64,000 nucleotides of DNA, from contig CAVTCR010000062.1 of NCBI GenBank assembly GCA_963733195.1, positions 352,001 to 416,000 on the forward strand, in the 5' to 3' direction. This document shows positions 22,579-33,604 of this stretch, piece by piece (position 1 is the stretch's first letter; the number at the start of each line of letters is the position of its first letter). The translations under genes were made by a program, and so were the position numbers. The notes beneath the pieces were generated by a model. The model did no database searches. It had not been told where the DNA came from and saw only the letters and a list, made by a program, of their open reading frames with translations. This DNA comes from an uncultured delta proteobacterium. Lineage in GTDB: Bacteria; Desulfobacterota; Binatia; Bin18.

Positions 22579-23829
22579 ATGGAAACTCGTCCATCGTTCT
22601 TAGTTCCTGAACAATTTGGCCCTCTTCAAGGAGTACGGATTTTGTCGACTGGCAGTCTTATTGCGCAGCCGTACGCGGCAACGCTTGCCGCCGAAATGGG
22701 TGCAGAAGTCATTCAAGTCGAACGTCCCGGTGAAGGGGATGCTGCATGGCGGCATCTTGGTCGGCAATTGCCCACGACAGATGGCACAGGCAAAATTGCC
22801 ACCACGTGGATTCAGGAACGTCGCAATGAATTCTATGTCTCGCTTGATATGAGCAAACCTGAGGGCAAAGACCTCTTTCTCCGCCTCATCAAATCGTGCG
22901 ATCTGTGGATGGAAAGCTCTAAGCCCGGGAGCTACACGAAATGGGGACTCACGGACGATGTCGTCCTGCAAGCGAATCCCAAAATCGTCATCACCCATGT
23001 GTCCGGCTATGGCCAGTCAGGTCACCCCGAATACTTGGGCCGTGCTTCCTACGATATGATCGGCCAGGCTTTCGGTGGGTTAATGTACCAAACCGGCTTT
23101 CCTGATCCTGATCCACCGATTCGCGCCAATCCCTGGACCGCAGATTATATTACGGCGCTATTTTGCTTGTGGTCATCACTCGCCGGGTATATTTACGCTC
23201 AACGCACTGGCAAGGGGCAAGTCGTTGATGTCTCACAGTTTGAGTCTATTCATCGTTTACTCTCCGGCACAATGGTCGAGTATTTCGCCGATGGGTTTGT
23301 CCGTGGTCGCTCAGGCAATAAAGCCACGGCCTTTCAACCGTACAACACATTTCAAGCTCAAGATGGGTGGGTCGTGATTGGTGCAGTTGGATTTGCCGTC
23401 TTCTCTCGTGTCTGTCACGCGTTGGGATTAGATCCCAATGACCCGAAATGGCAACAGGCAAGTACGGATGTAAACTCCATGGAAGGCATTGAATTCGACG
23501 CTATCCTACAGGGCTGGGTTGCCGAGCGTCCAGTTCAAGAAGTGGTCGAAATCATGAATGCTAACCAAGTGGCGTGCTGCCCCATCATGAATAGCAAAGA
23601 CATGGCAGAAGACCCACATTATCGCGCCCGAAACGTCCACGTGGAATGGGAAGATGAACAAGCTGGTAAAGTCAAAGGCACAGGCATCACGCCCAAGTTC
23701 TCTCTCACGCCGGGAAAGATTTGGCGTGGCTCCGTTGTCGTCGGCCATGACAACGAGCGCATTTATTCTCATTTCGCCGGACTCACAAAAGATGACCTCA
23801 CGCGACTCAAAGAAAAAGGCGTGATCTAG
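22579..23829 (+). CDS. Class III CoA-transferase (CaiB/BaiF)
   Basis: GPLQGVRIL, EMGAEVIQVERPGEGD, VSGYGQSG, YDMIGQAFGG. Confidence 0.9.
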   Translation: METRPSFLVPEQFGPLQGVRILSTGSLIAQPYAATLAAEMGAEVIQVERPGEGDAAWRHLGRQLPTTDGTGKIATTWIQERRNEFYVSLDMSKPEGKDLFLRLIKSCDLWMESSKPGSYTKWGLTDDVVLQANPKIVITHVSGYGQSGHPEYLGRASYDMIGQAFGGLMYQTGFPDPDPPIRANPWTADYITALFCLWSSLAGYIYAQRTGKGQVVDVSQFESIHRLLSGTMVEYFADGFVRGRSGNKATAFQPYNTFQAQDGWVVIGAVGFAVFSRVCHALGLDPNDPKWQQASTDVNSMEGIEFDAILQGWVAERPVQEVVEIMNANQVACCPIMNSKDMAEDPHYRARNVHVEWEDEQAGKVKGTGITPKFSLTPGKIWRGSVVVGHDNERIYSHFAGLTKDDLTRLKEKGVI

Positions 23830-23934
23830 CACCGCAAAAAAGGGGGAAATGGAAGAGGAAAAAAGCGAACATTCCTCGGTGACCATTTTACCGTTTCTCC
23901 TTTTCGCCGTTTTCCCTTTCCCCAGTCGATACGC

Positions 23935-24855
23935 ATGTCGTTATTAGAAATCTCCGAGTTATATAAACGCTACGATGCGGTCGAGGCACTCAAAGGCGTG
24001 TCGTTTTCCGTTGAACGCGGAGAGATCTTCGGCCTGCTAGGGCCGAACGGCGCAGGCAAGTCCACTACGATTAACATTCTCCTGGGACTTATTCTGGCCG
24101 ACAGCGGACGCATCGAGGTCTTTGGGCAAGACTTCACCCATCATTCACTTGCGATTCGGCGACGCATGAACGTTGCCGCTGCTTTTACCAGCCTCAATGG
24201 TGTTCTCACTGTTCGAGAGAACCTGCGCGTGTATGGTCATATCTACGGGGTAAAGAATATTCGCGCCAAAATTGACGAACTCCTTGAACGCTTTGAGATT
24301 GCCGATCTTGCCGATAAGAAATTACAGTATCTAAGTTCTGGACAACACACGCGAGTGACCCTGTGCAAAGGACTCATCAACGACCCCGAACTCCTCTTGT
24401 TGGATGAATGTACTGTCGGACTTGATCCGGACATTGCTGAGAAGACACGACGAGCACTCAAGGAGTTTCAGCGCGAGAAACACACGACGATTCTGTTTAC
24501 ATCGCACAATATGAACGAGGTTGAAGAACTGTGTGGCCGCATCGCCTTTCTCAGCAAAGGGCAGATTCTCCGCATCGACACCACCGAACGCATTACACAA
24601 CTCATTCCACAACAAACGCTCACCATCCGTTTTCGCGCTGGGACCGCAGTGACCGCCCTTCCCCGGCCTGACACTCTTCCTCCGGCTGAAGTCGGGACGG
24701 ACGCAACGCTCCGCTTTGTCCTTACTGACCCTGAGCAGCAGCTTGACGCTATCTTACGGCACTTTACTCAATCCGGGGCAACGATTGCGGATGTTCAACT
24801 CGTTCGTCCAACACTAGAGGATGTGTTCATCAAAATCGCACGAGGAGAAATCTGA
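23935..24855 (+). CDS. ABC-2 type transporter ATP-binding protein
   Basis: GPNGAGKST, LSSGQ, LLLDE, FTSH. Confidence 0.92.
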   Translation: MSLLEISELYKRYDAVEALKGVSFSVERGEIFGLLGPNGAGKSTTINILLGLILADSGRIEVFGQDFTHHSLAIRRRMNVAAAFTSLNGVLTVRENLRVYGHIYGVKNIRAKIDELLERFEIADLADKKLQYLSSGQHTRVTLCKGLINDPELLLLDECTVGLDPDIAEKTRRALKEFQREKHTTILFTSHNMNEVEELCGRIAFLSKGQILRIDTTERITQLIPQQTLTIRFRAGTAVTALPRPDTLPPAEVGTDATLRFVLTDPEQQLDAILRHFTQSGATIADVQLVRPTLEDVFIKIARGEI

Positions 24856-24957
24856 GGAGAGTGAAGAATGTAAGAATGAAGAGTGAATAATGAAAAACCG
24901 TCTTTTTACCTTCTAATCTGCATTCTTAACTTTTAATTCGTCATTCTTCATTATCCT

Positions 24958-25776
24958 ATGAATTACCAGGAGCTGTATAGTTTCCGAGCGTCAGTCGTGT
25001 GGGGCTTGGTCTATAAGTTCGCGACCATCTGCTATCGCAGCCTGGATCGCATTTTTGATATCGTTTACTGGCCGGTGATTTCACTGCTCTTGTGGGGATT
25101 CACCAGTACCTTCGTTGCGACAACCTCGTCGACCTCTGGTGTCATGGAATTCTTCCTTGGTGGCACGGTGCTGTGGAGTTTATTCTGGCGCGCGCAAACA
25201 GATGTCGGGACGTTTGTTCTAGAAGACTTCTGGAGTCGTAATATTTACAACTTGTTTGCCTCTCCTGTCACGCCACTCGAACTTTTCAGTGCGATCGGGC
25301 TGATCGGGCTGTTTCGCTGCATCCTAAGCTTCATCTTTCTCAGTCTGCTCGCCTGGTTTCTGTATGCGTTTAATATTCTCTTGGTGGGCGGGACTGCACT
25401 GATCATCTTTACCAGCATTCTCCTGCTCTTTGGCTGGGTCGTCGGCATCATCATCGCCGCGTTGATTTTTCGCTATGGTCTACGTATTCAAGTGCTCGCC
25501 TGGTCGGTCGGATTCATTATTCAGCCCTTTAGCTGTGTCTTTTATCCGCTGGAGAGCATGCCACGTTGGGTACAGATAATCGCCGTCACTCTCCCGACCA
25601 CTCACGTATTTGAGGGCCTACGTCACGCTATCGCCACTGGAGAAATTGCCCGCCAATCCCTGTTCTTCGCGTTGGGCCTTACAGCGGTACTACTCCTTGT
25701 GTCGCTGTGGTTTTTTCAATACGCCTTACAACAGGCGAAACGGCGTGGACTGCTTACTCGTGCAGAGATGGCGTAG
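24958..25776 (+). CDS. ABC-2 type transporter permease
   Basis: Six hydrophobic segments; FYPLESMPRWVQ..LPTTHVFEGLR. Confidence 0.88.
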   Translation: MNYQELYSFRASVVWGLVYKFATICYRSLDRIFDIVYWPVISLLLWGFTSTFVATTSSTSGVMEFFLGGTVLWSLFWRAQTDVGTFVLEDFWSRNIYNLFASPVTPLELFSAIGLIGLFRCILSFIFLSLLAWFLYAFNILLVGGTALIIFTSILLLFGWVVGIIIAALIFRYGLRIQVLAWSVGFIIQPFSCVFYPLESMPRWVQIIAVTLPTTHVFEGLRHAIATGEIARQSLFFALGLTAVLLLVSLWFFQYALQQAKRRGLLTRAEMA

Positions 25777-25876
25777 CAACGAATGATAAATGCAGAATAA
25801 AAGATGAGGAAAGCGTAGGAACTGTTTGTTTGTTCATCGTTCAGCATTCCGCATTCATCACAACAACGGAGGCCCC

Positions 25877-26284
25877 ATGCCCGGTAAACTCAAAGCCTTT
25901 CACGAATTCCGCTCGGCAATGAACGAAAAACTCCTCAGCAAAGGCAATCTGCAGCTCAAACGATTCTTCAATCTCGACTCGCAAGTCTACGTCGATGGTG
26001 CGCTGCCGAGCAAAACAAAAGAGCTGATGGGGCTTGTCGCCTCAGCAGTGTTACGCTGTGACGATTGCATAACCTATCACATGATTCAGTGCGCGGACCA
26101 AGGAGTGACGGACGAGGAGTTCTTCGAGACATTTAATGTTATTCTTATTGTCGGTGGTTCAATTACCATCCCGCATGTCCGCCGCGCCGTGGAAACTCTA
26201 GAAGAGATCCGCACAAGCGAAAAACGGCAAATGGATAAAAGGGGAAAAGGAAAAACGGCAAAGGCAAGAGAGAAGAAAGGATAA
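25877..26284 (+). CDS. Carboxymuconolactone decarboxylase/AhpD-like protein
   Basis: DGALPSKTKELMGLVASAVLRCDDCITYH. Confidence 0.88.
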   Translation: MPGKLKAFHEFRSAMNEKLLSKGNLQLKRFFNLDSQVYVDGALPSKTKELMGLVASAVLRCDDCITYHMIQCADQGVTDEEFFETFNVILIVGGSITIPHVRRAVETLEEIRTSEKRQMDKRGKGKTAKAREKKG

Positions 26285-26312
26285 GGGATAAAAGGAGAAA
26301 GGCGATTATGAA

Positions 26313-27763
26313 ATGAAGCGTCATCATCGCTGCTGTCTTTCTCTGTACTGGGAGTTTTTATGGCCAATGCACAGGACAAACCCACTCCACCGAGTGCGAC
26401 ACCCGCACCACGCAAAAGCACGCTCGCGGAACAATCACAAGTTGCGCTGACGGTGTACAACTCTAACATTGCGTTAGTGAAAGAACAGCGGGACATCGAT
26501 CTTGCCTCAGGAGAGAATACCTTACAGTTTAGTCGATGTAGCCGCTCAGATCATTCCGACCACTGTACACATCAAATCCTTAAGTGATGCCCAGGCGTTA
26601 CAGGTCCTGGAACAGAATTACGAATACGACTTGTTGAATCCAGAGAAATTGCTAGAGAAGTATGTTGGCAAGGAAGTAAAAATTTTCGATAAAAACTATT
26701 ATACCGGCAAAGATGAAATTGCGGTCGCCACCCTGCTCTCAACCAACAATGGCTTTGTCTATCAGATCAATAACGAGATTCACATTAATCCCCCGGGGCG
26801 CGTCATTCTTCCTCAGGTGCCAGAGAACTTGATAGCCAAGCCAACACTCGTGTGGTTCCTACGCGCGAGCCGCGCAGGAAAACAAAAAATCGAAGCCTCT
26901 TATCTGACTAATCAGATCACCTGGCAGGCAGACTATGTCACCGTGCTCAACCTCGATGACACAAAAGCCGATCTGACTGGGTGGGTCACGATCGACAACA
27001 AATCAGGCAGCCACCTATCAAAATGCCACGTTGAAACTCGTTGCTGGCGATGTTCATCGCCTCACGCCCCCACAAATGTATGGCAAAACCATGGCGATGG
27101 AAGCCCGCGTCCAGGCCGCACCTCCCCAGTTCAAAGAAGAAGCCTTCTTTGAATATCATTTGTATACGTTAGATCGTCCGGCAACCGTAAAAGATAATCA
27201 AACTAAACAAATGACATTGCTGTCTGCTCTGGAAATTCCTATCACCAAGCGCCTACTATTCAGAGGACAGCAAATGTATTTTTACGATGCGTATGGCGAA
27301 GAAACATTTCAAAAACAGAAAGTGAGTGTCGTGCTCGAAATCGAAAATATCGCAGACGAATAATCTCGGCATACCACTGCCGAAAGGCACAGTCCGTGTC
27401 TACAAAGCCGACAAAGATGGCGGCATCAATTTATCGGTGAAGATGCGATTGATCACACACCCAAAGACGAGAAGTTCACTATTAAGATGGGGGAAGCGTT
27501 CGATGTCATTGGGAATCGTAAGCAGACCGATTTCAAGCGGATCTCACAAACAGTAACTCGAGAATGACATGGGAGATTGCCTCCGCAACCACAAAACCGA
27601 AGCAGTTACTGTCCGTGTCGAGGAGCCTGTCCCCGGCGATTGGGATGTACTCTCCAATTCACACAAGTACACCAAAGTCGACGCTCACACCTTGCAGTTT
27701 GATGTGCCTGTACCACAGAACGGCGAGGTCAAGGTGACGTATCGAGTGCGGGTGAAGATGTAA
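26313..27763 (+). CDS. DUF4139-domain secreted protein; several frameshifts; start uncertain
   Basis: [89 protein letters not shown]. Confidence 0.85.
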
Positions 27764-27857
27764 CGCAAGGCCATAGACTATAGGCCGCAGTCTATAGGGA
27801 AAAACCTTATCGAAACACAGAATACTCGTAGACTTTATGCTACGGTCCCTCGGGTGT

Positions 27858-27950
27858 GTCATTCTGAGCCCTTCGCTTCCGCTCATCCTGAGCGTAGACG
27901 CGCAGCGTCGAAGTCGAAGGACGCTCAGAATAAACTCCGCGAAGAATCTC
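27858..27950. repeat. REP/MITE-like palindromic element, copy 2
   Basis: gtcattctgagcccttcg..catcctgagcg..gtcgaaggacgctcagaataaactccgcgaagaatctc. Confidence 0.6.
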
Positions 27951-28018
27951 TCGGAAAACCCTTCTACGATTATAGGTTATCTCAATGGTGTTGTTCCCGT
28001 ATCAGTGTAACTACATCT

Positions 28019-28213
28019 TCACTCGACAATCTCTTGTACCCTGCCAATCGCGCCGGTCTCAAGGCGCACTTTAATCCCATGCGGATGATGAGGTGAGCTC
28101 GTCAGAATATCTTTGACGACGCCGCGAGTTCTCCTCCCGCTGCGTTGATCCTGTTTCATGACGATATCGACCTGCAGGCCAGGTCTAATATCCTTCCGGT
28201 TTTGCCCGTTCAT
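28019..28213 (-). CDS. YwbE/DUF2196 family protein
   Basis: MNGQNRKDIRPGLQVDIVMKQDQRSGRRTRGVVKDILTSSPHHPHGIKVRL. Confidence 0.9.
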   Translation of the reverse strand: MNGQNRKDIRPGLQVDIVMKQDQRSGRRTRGVVKDILTSSPHHPHGIKVRLETGAIGRVQEIVE

Positions 28214-28991
28214 GGTTTCAATTCTCCCTCGATAGGGAAACAAAGCATGCATAATACGTCCAGTCACCGTTTGCTGCCTGATCTGAGACCTCTCGGATTT
28301 CTTCTGACACTAAAATAGCACTACCCAGAGTGCAAGTAAGGAACGACCTACCACTGCCGGTCACGTGCATGGTGCTGACAAGTAGTAAGCCGTTCGGTTG
28401 ACGTGAGGCTTTCTTCATTATCGCCAGAGTCTCTTTGATGATTTTGTCATTTCGTTTTTGACTTTGCTTCCTTGATTGTGATTTCCTGATAGCTGCTCGC
28501 GTGTTCTGCAAACGACCTCAGCAGCCTGCGAAGGTCATGGATATCTGCGAAGGGGGGAAACAGATGTCCCGCAACGATCAGGTCACTCGCCAATGGTTAT
28601 TGCTGAAAAACTGGAGCGTTCACACGGCGCAACGCTCCAAGAACTCGCAGATACCCTCCCCGAAGATTATTCCCGCCACCCAGAACGATTCGACGCGACC
28701 TAGAAGCGCTCGAACCCGTTTTCCGTCTGGTGACTGAACAGTGTGAATAGACAGACGCGCTGGCGGCTGATGGACGGGTATCGGCAAGTGCCACCGCTTG
28801 CACTTTCGCCAACAGAACTCATGGCGCTAGTGTTTAGTCGGAACTTACTCAAACCGCTTGACGGGACCGAGATCAAAACTCCCTTGATTCCGCATTAAAT
28901 AAAGCCGCCGCGCTACTGCCGCCGAAGGTGCGGCTTACGTGCAGCAGATGCAGGGGTATTTTGCTGTTGGCCTTGGACCACACAAGACCTA

Positions 28992-30301
28992 AGGAGCTGT
29001 CCATAAACAAGTGTAACAACTTCAGGCGAGCGCCACGGAAGGGCGGATCGCGTAGTTCCAGTCCCCATGAAAATCAGCCGGAAACAAATTGACCGCGGCG
29101 AATTGCTTTTGCGTAATGCGGATGCCGGTTGGGATAGCACCCCGTGTCGAGTTCAGCCTGAACGCGCAACCCGGTGGTCGTGGTCGTGTGGGCAATCAAT
29201 TCGATAATGACAGCGTGACTCGTCAAGGGCTGCCCCCGCCAGTTGGTCGAGATCTGGCTAAACAAGCGATGTTCGATCTTGTTCCATTTGCTAGTCCCTG
29301 GAGGGAAGTGGCAAACCTGGATCCTCACTCCCAGTTCGTCGGCCAACGCTTGCAGCGAGACTTTCCACAGGCGGCTGCGACTGCCGTTGCTGCCTCCGCC
29401 ATCGGCCGTAATCAACAGTTCCCGTGCGTGCGGATACAAAGGCTGCCCGAGGTTTTGCCACCACCGCCGAATCGTGGCCACCGCAAAGGCGGCCGTATCA
29501 TGGTCAATGCCCACACTGACCCAGCCCAGGTTCGCCGTGAGGTCATAAATGCCGTAAGGAATTGCCTTGCCCAGTTTGGGTCGGCAAAGTCGTGGACGCG
29601 CACGCGGGTGGGCTGGCCCCGTCGACACCATTCGCGGCCCGGGTTTTTGAACTCGCCGACCAACTCTTTCTTCTTGGTATCGACCGAAATGACCGGCAGG
29701 CCCGCGCCTGAAAAGCCGCGACGGCGGCCGCGATATACTCGAACTGCGCATTGCGATCGGGATGCTGACTGCCCTCGCGGGTTTTCCGATTGGCCTGCAA
29801 GCTGTACCCCAGCTCGTGCAGCAAGTCCGCCACTTTCTGCCGTTCGATGTGAAACCCCTGTTCCTGCAGTTCGGTCGCCAGCCGCCGCACGCCCTTACAG
29901 GTCCACCGCAACGACGACTCCGGATCTCCACGGGCCGTGGGCTCGACCAGCGCCTCCAGCGCATCGGGCAACTCCGGCTGTGTCACCACCAGTGGTTTCC
30001 GTCCACCCCCAGTACTTCTGATCCGCTGGGGACGCCACGAGGACTGGAGGCTGCTCAGCTCCTTCAGCCCCGCGTGAATCGCGCGCCGCGAGATCCCCGT
30101 GACCCGTGCCACTGCCGAAATTCCCCCATAGCCCAGCGATTTCGCTTCCACTGCTGCCCACACACCGCCGTTCCCGTTCATTGAGCAGCGCACCCAGATC
30201 AGCAAATCGCTGGCGAATAGCCGCGTCTATGCTCGCTCGTTGCATAGACACGCTTTACGTGATCCATCACCAAGTTGTTACGGTTATTTATGGACAATTC
30301 C
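28992..30301 (-). mobile_element. ISAzo13-family insertion sequence with ~31-bp imperfect terminal inverted repeats and a TA/CTA target duplication
   Basis: Left aggagctgtccataaacaagtgtaacaactt versus right aagttgttacggttatttatggacaattcct; CTA at 28989-28991 and 30301-30303. Confidence 0.92.
29022..30245 (-). CDS. ISAzo13 transposase (frameshifted)
   Basis: GDPESSLRWTCK, GYSLQANRKTREGSQHPDRNAQF, LLITADGGGSNG, HFPPGTSKWNKIEHRLFS. Confidence 0.92.
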
Positions 30302-30848
30302 TACCGCCAGCATCAACGGACAATTGATCAACTCACCCGTGCCATCGCCCAATCACGTACCATACAGATGCGCTATTACTCAGCCTCACGAGACGTGACT
30401 AACCGCCGCGAAGCAGACCCATACCGATTGTGGTACACGGACGGAGCACTCTATCTTATTGCTCACTGTCATCGACATGGCGAACCTCGCATGTTCGCGG
30501 TCGATCGCATTCGTTCGCTAACGATTACCAATCAGCCGTGCCAACTCCCGCTGGGCTTTGATCTTGATGCCTACGTACGAGACGCACTCGTAGTGATGCG
30601 AGGAAAGCCGATCGAGGTGGAACAGTTATTCGATCGGTCGAACTGCAGCGTGGGCAAAGGATCGCCAGTGGCATCAGAGTCAACAGAGTACCGTGCACAA
30701 GGATGGACAGGTAACCATGCGGTTGCAAGTCGCCGACACCCGCGAGTTAGTGGGGTGGATTTTACATTTTGGCAGTGGCGTGCGGGTTATCGAGCCGCAA
30801 TCGCTACGAGAAAAGGTGCAGGAAGAGGCACGAAAAATATTTTCGCAC

Positions 30849-30869
30849 GTGTGACCCCGGATGTCACGC
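30849..30869. promoter_or_regulatory. Palindromic operator GTGAC-N7-GTCAC ending 25 bp upstream of cas3
   Basis: gtGTGACcccggatGTCACgc overlapping the WYL stop codon. Confidence 0.55.
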
Positions 30870-30892
30870 TCGTCTGGTAAGCAACGACAATT

Positions 30893-33604
30893 ATGCACAC
30901 ACCATCTCTTCTTTGGGCAAAGAAACATGGACCAAAGGATAACGAAGTTTGGCACCCTCTCCTGTATCACATGATCGATGTCGGTGTGGTAGCCGCAGAA
31001 CTTTGGCACCATGCGTTGCATCGTTCACTCCGGCGGTTCTTTGTAGTTGAGTTTGGTCTTTCTGAACAAGAGACAGTTGCATGGATTTGTTTTCTGGCAG
31101 CGTTACACGATACCGGCAAAGCCTCTCCTGCCTTTCAGAAACAAAGTACCCAAAGCAGTACAACTCCGGTCACAGGGAAAAGGATTCAAATTTGCGCCCC
31201 ATGCACTTCGTTGTCCGCATGGCATCATCACTGCGGATGTTCTGGCTGATCTCTCTGCAATCCTTCTGTATGCCCGCTGATTTTCCCCGCGAGTTAAGGA
31301 AAAGCAGTTGCCTTAACTGTTGGTGGTCATCACGGCGTCTTCGACAAGGACAAATCAAGACCGAATCAACGGGGAAACGAGTCACGGTGGCGTGAAAGGT
31401 CCGGCAAGATATTATCGCTGCGCTTGCAGAGCTTTTCGCTGTCCCTCGTTCGGTAATCCCACGCTCCAGCGCAAATCCAGCCCTGTACATCTTGCTTGCG
31501 GGATTGACCTGCGCAGCCGACTGGATTGGTTCTGATGAACGATACTTTCCCTATTCTCCCGATGAGGCCAGATCCGGCACGCTACCTTGCCAGCGCACGG
31601 CAGCGAGCTGCCCACGCTGTTCAGTCTTTGGGCTGGTCTGGTTGGCATCCTCCCACCTCGTCGGCAGCGTTCAATGATTTGTTTCCCTTTATTGTCGATC
31701 CGCGCCCTTTACAGATCGAAGCTATTGCTCTCTGCCCCGCGCTCTCAACGGCTCAGCCTCTTTGATTATTATCGAGGCACCGATGGGAGAAGGAAAAACC
31801 GAAGCGGCCATGTTTCTGGCTGACTACTGGGCAGCAACCCAGCAACAGCAAGGCTGCTATTTCGCTTTACCGACGCAAGCCACCAGCAATCAGATGTTTG
31901 GACGCGTCAAAAAAATTCCTGAAAGCACGTTATTCTAACTTCCGGGTAAATACTCAACTCGTTCATGGGGCAACGTTACTGTCACAAGAATTCACTGAAC
32001 TGCGATTAGCAACATACCCAGAGGACGGAGAAGGCAACACCAATGAATGCAGCGGAGTCGTCGCCGAAAGCTGGTTTCTGCCAAAGAAACGTTCTTTGCT
32101 TGCACCATTTGGAGTGGGAACCATCGATCAAGCACTTCTGGCTGTCCTCCAAACTAAGCATTTCTTTGTTCGCCTGTTCGGCTTAGCTCACAAAACCATC
32201 ATCATCGATGAGGTCCATGCTTACGACACATACATGTCAACGCTGCTCGAACGGCTGCTCGAATGGCTCCACGCACTTGGTTGTTCGGTTGTTCTTCTGT
32301 CTGCAACCTTGCCAGCGCAGAAGCGGCTGGCGCTACTCAAAGCCTTCGGTAGCAACGAGCCGCAACAGGAAGTGGTGTACCCGCGACTCACCTGGATTTC
32401 AGGCAACGAGAATGGTGCAGTCAACTTTCCAGCCGCACAGCCAAAACAAATCACGGTCCGTCACATCAGCAACGATGTCACTGAACTTGTGCAAGCTCTG
32501 CGCGCAGCAATCGCACAAGGCGGCTGTGTAGCGGTTGTGTGTAACACCGTTGGCCAAGCGCAGGAAATTTATCAGACCCTGAGACAAGAACAGCTTGTGT
32601 CAACCGAATGCCTCCAACTTTTACATAGTCGTTTTCCTTTCGAGGAGCGCGAGAAAAGAGAACGCCGCACGCGCTTGAGTTTTGGAAAAGAGGAGCAAGG
32701 TAAGAGACCGCTCGTTGCCGTTCTAGTTGCCACCCAAATCATCGAGCAAAGTCTCGATCTCGACTTTGACCTCATGGTGACAGACCTCGCACCAGCAGAC
32801 CTGGTGCTCCAGCGTGCAGGGCGTCTACACCGACACGACAATCAACGTCCTACGCCTTTGGCCTCACCGACGCTGTGGTTACGAATGCCGCCCGTAGACG
32901 ATCACCAGATTCCTGAATTCGGTCCCTCAGCAAAAATCTACGATCACTACACACTCCTTCGTTCCTACCTCGCGCTTAAAGACAGACAGTTCATTCAACT
33001 CCCAGAGGACTTAGAAACGATCGTAGAAGCAGTGTACGGCGACCAAGTCTCTTGGCCGTCGGCAGCATGGCAGGAAGCCGCAGCGACAACGAAAGAGGAG
33101 TTCGAGCAAGAAATTGCAAAGGACGAATATAAGGCACGCAGCAACCTCATTGCTTCTCCAAAGACCTCGGAAACACCAGGTGAGTTCTTGGCGCGATTCT
33201 CGCAGCAACTAGAAGAGGATAACCCTGAGGCGCATCAGGCACTTCAAGCGTTAACGCGGTTAGCTGAACCGTCAGTCCAAGTGGTTTGCTTACTACAGAC
33301 TCCGGAGGGTTGCGTTATCAGCCAGACGGAGAAGTTATCGCTCTCAAGGGCAAACCGACTGCTGAAATCAGCCACACTCTTCTTCGTCGCTCTCTAACCA
33401 TTTCAGATAAACGCGTGGTTTTCACTCTTGCTTAAAGAGGAACAATTCAAACCACGTGCCTGGAAAGAAAATGCCGCGCTTCGGCATCACCGTTTGCTAG
33501 TTTTTGAGAACAGTGAGGCAACGATCGGACGGTATACACTCCGGCTTAATCCCGACTTAGGCTTGGTCATAACTACGCCCGACACAGGAGGAAATGCCGA
33601 GTGA
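30893..33604 (+). CDS. cas3: Cas3 HD nuclease-helicase (frameshifted)
   Basis: WHPLLYHMIDV, ALHDTGKASPAFQ, ADWIGS, EAPMGEGKTEAA, IIDEVHAY, LSATL, QRAGRLHRH. Confidence 0.95.

Larger units (their letters stand above)
28564..30854 (+). pseudogene. HTH-WYL-WCX transcriptional regulator interrupted by ISAzo13
   Basis: N-terminus MSRNDQVTRQW..ATLQELA..RTIRRDLEAL; after the IS: YRQHQRTIDQL..MRYYSAS..RREADPYRLWYTDGALYLIAHCHRHGEPRMFAVDRI..WILHFGSGVRVIEPQSLREKV; removing the IS restores HKTYRQ. Confidence 0.9.

Noticed and set aside
26943-26951. GTGCTCAAC, the reverse complement of the orphan repeat end
   Set aside because: A 9-nt match inside the DUF4139 coding sequence without the hairpin part; compatible with chance.
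28218-28511. Lys-rich 97-aa minus-strand ORF upstream of the WYL gene
   Set aside because: No recognisable motif or good start; it may be promoter DNA or a remnant, so it is not supportable as a gene.
29089-30184. Long plus-strand ORFs inside the IS
   Set aside because: Antisense shadows of the GC-rich transposase gene.
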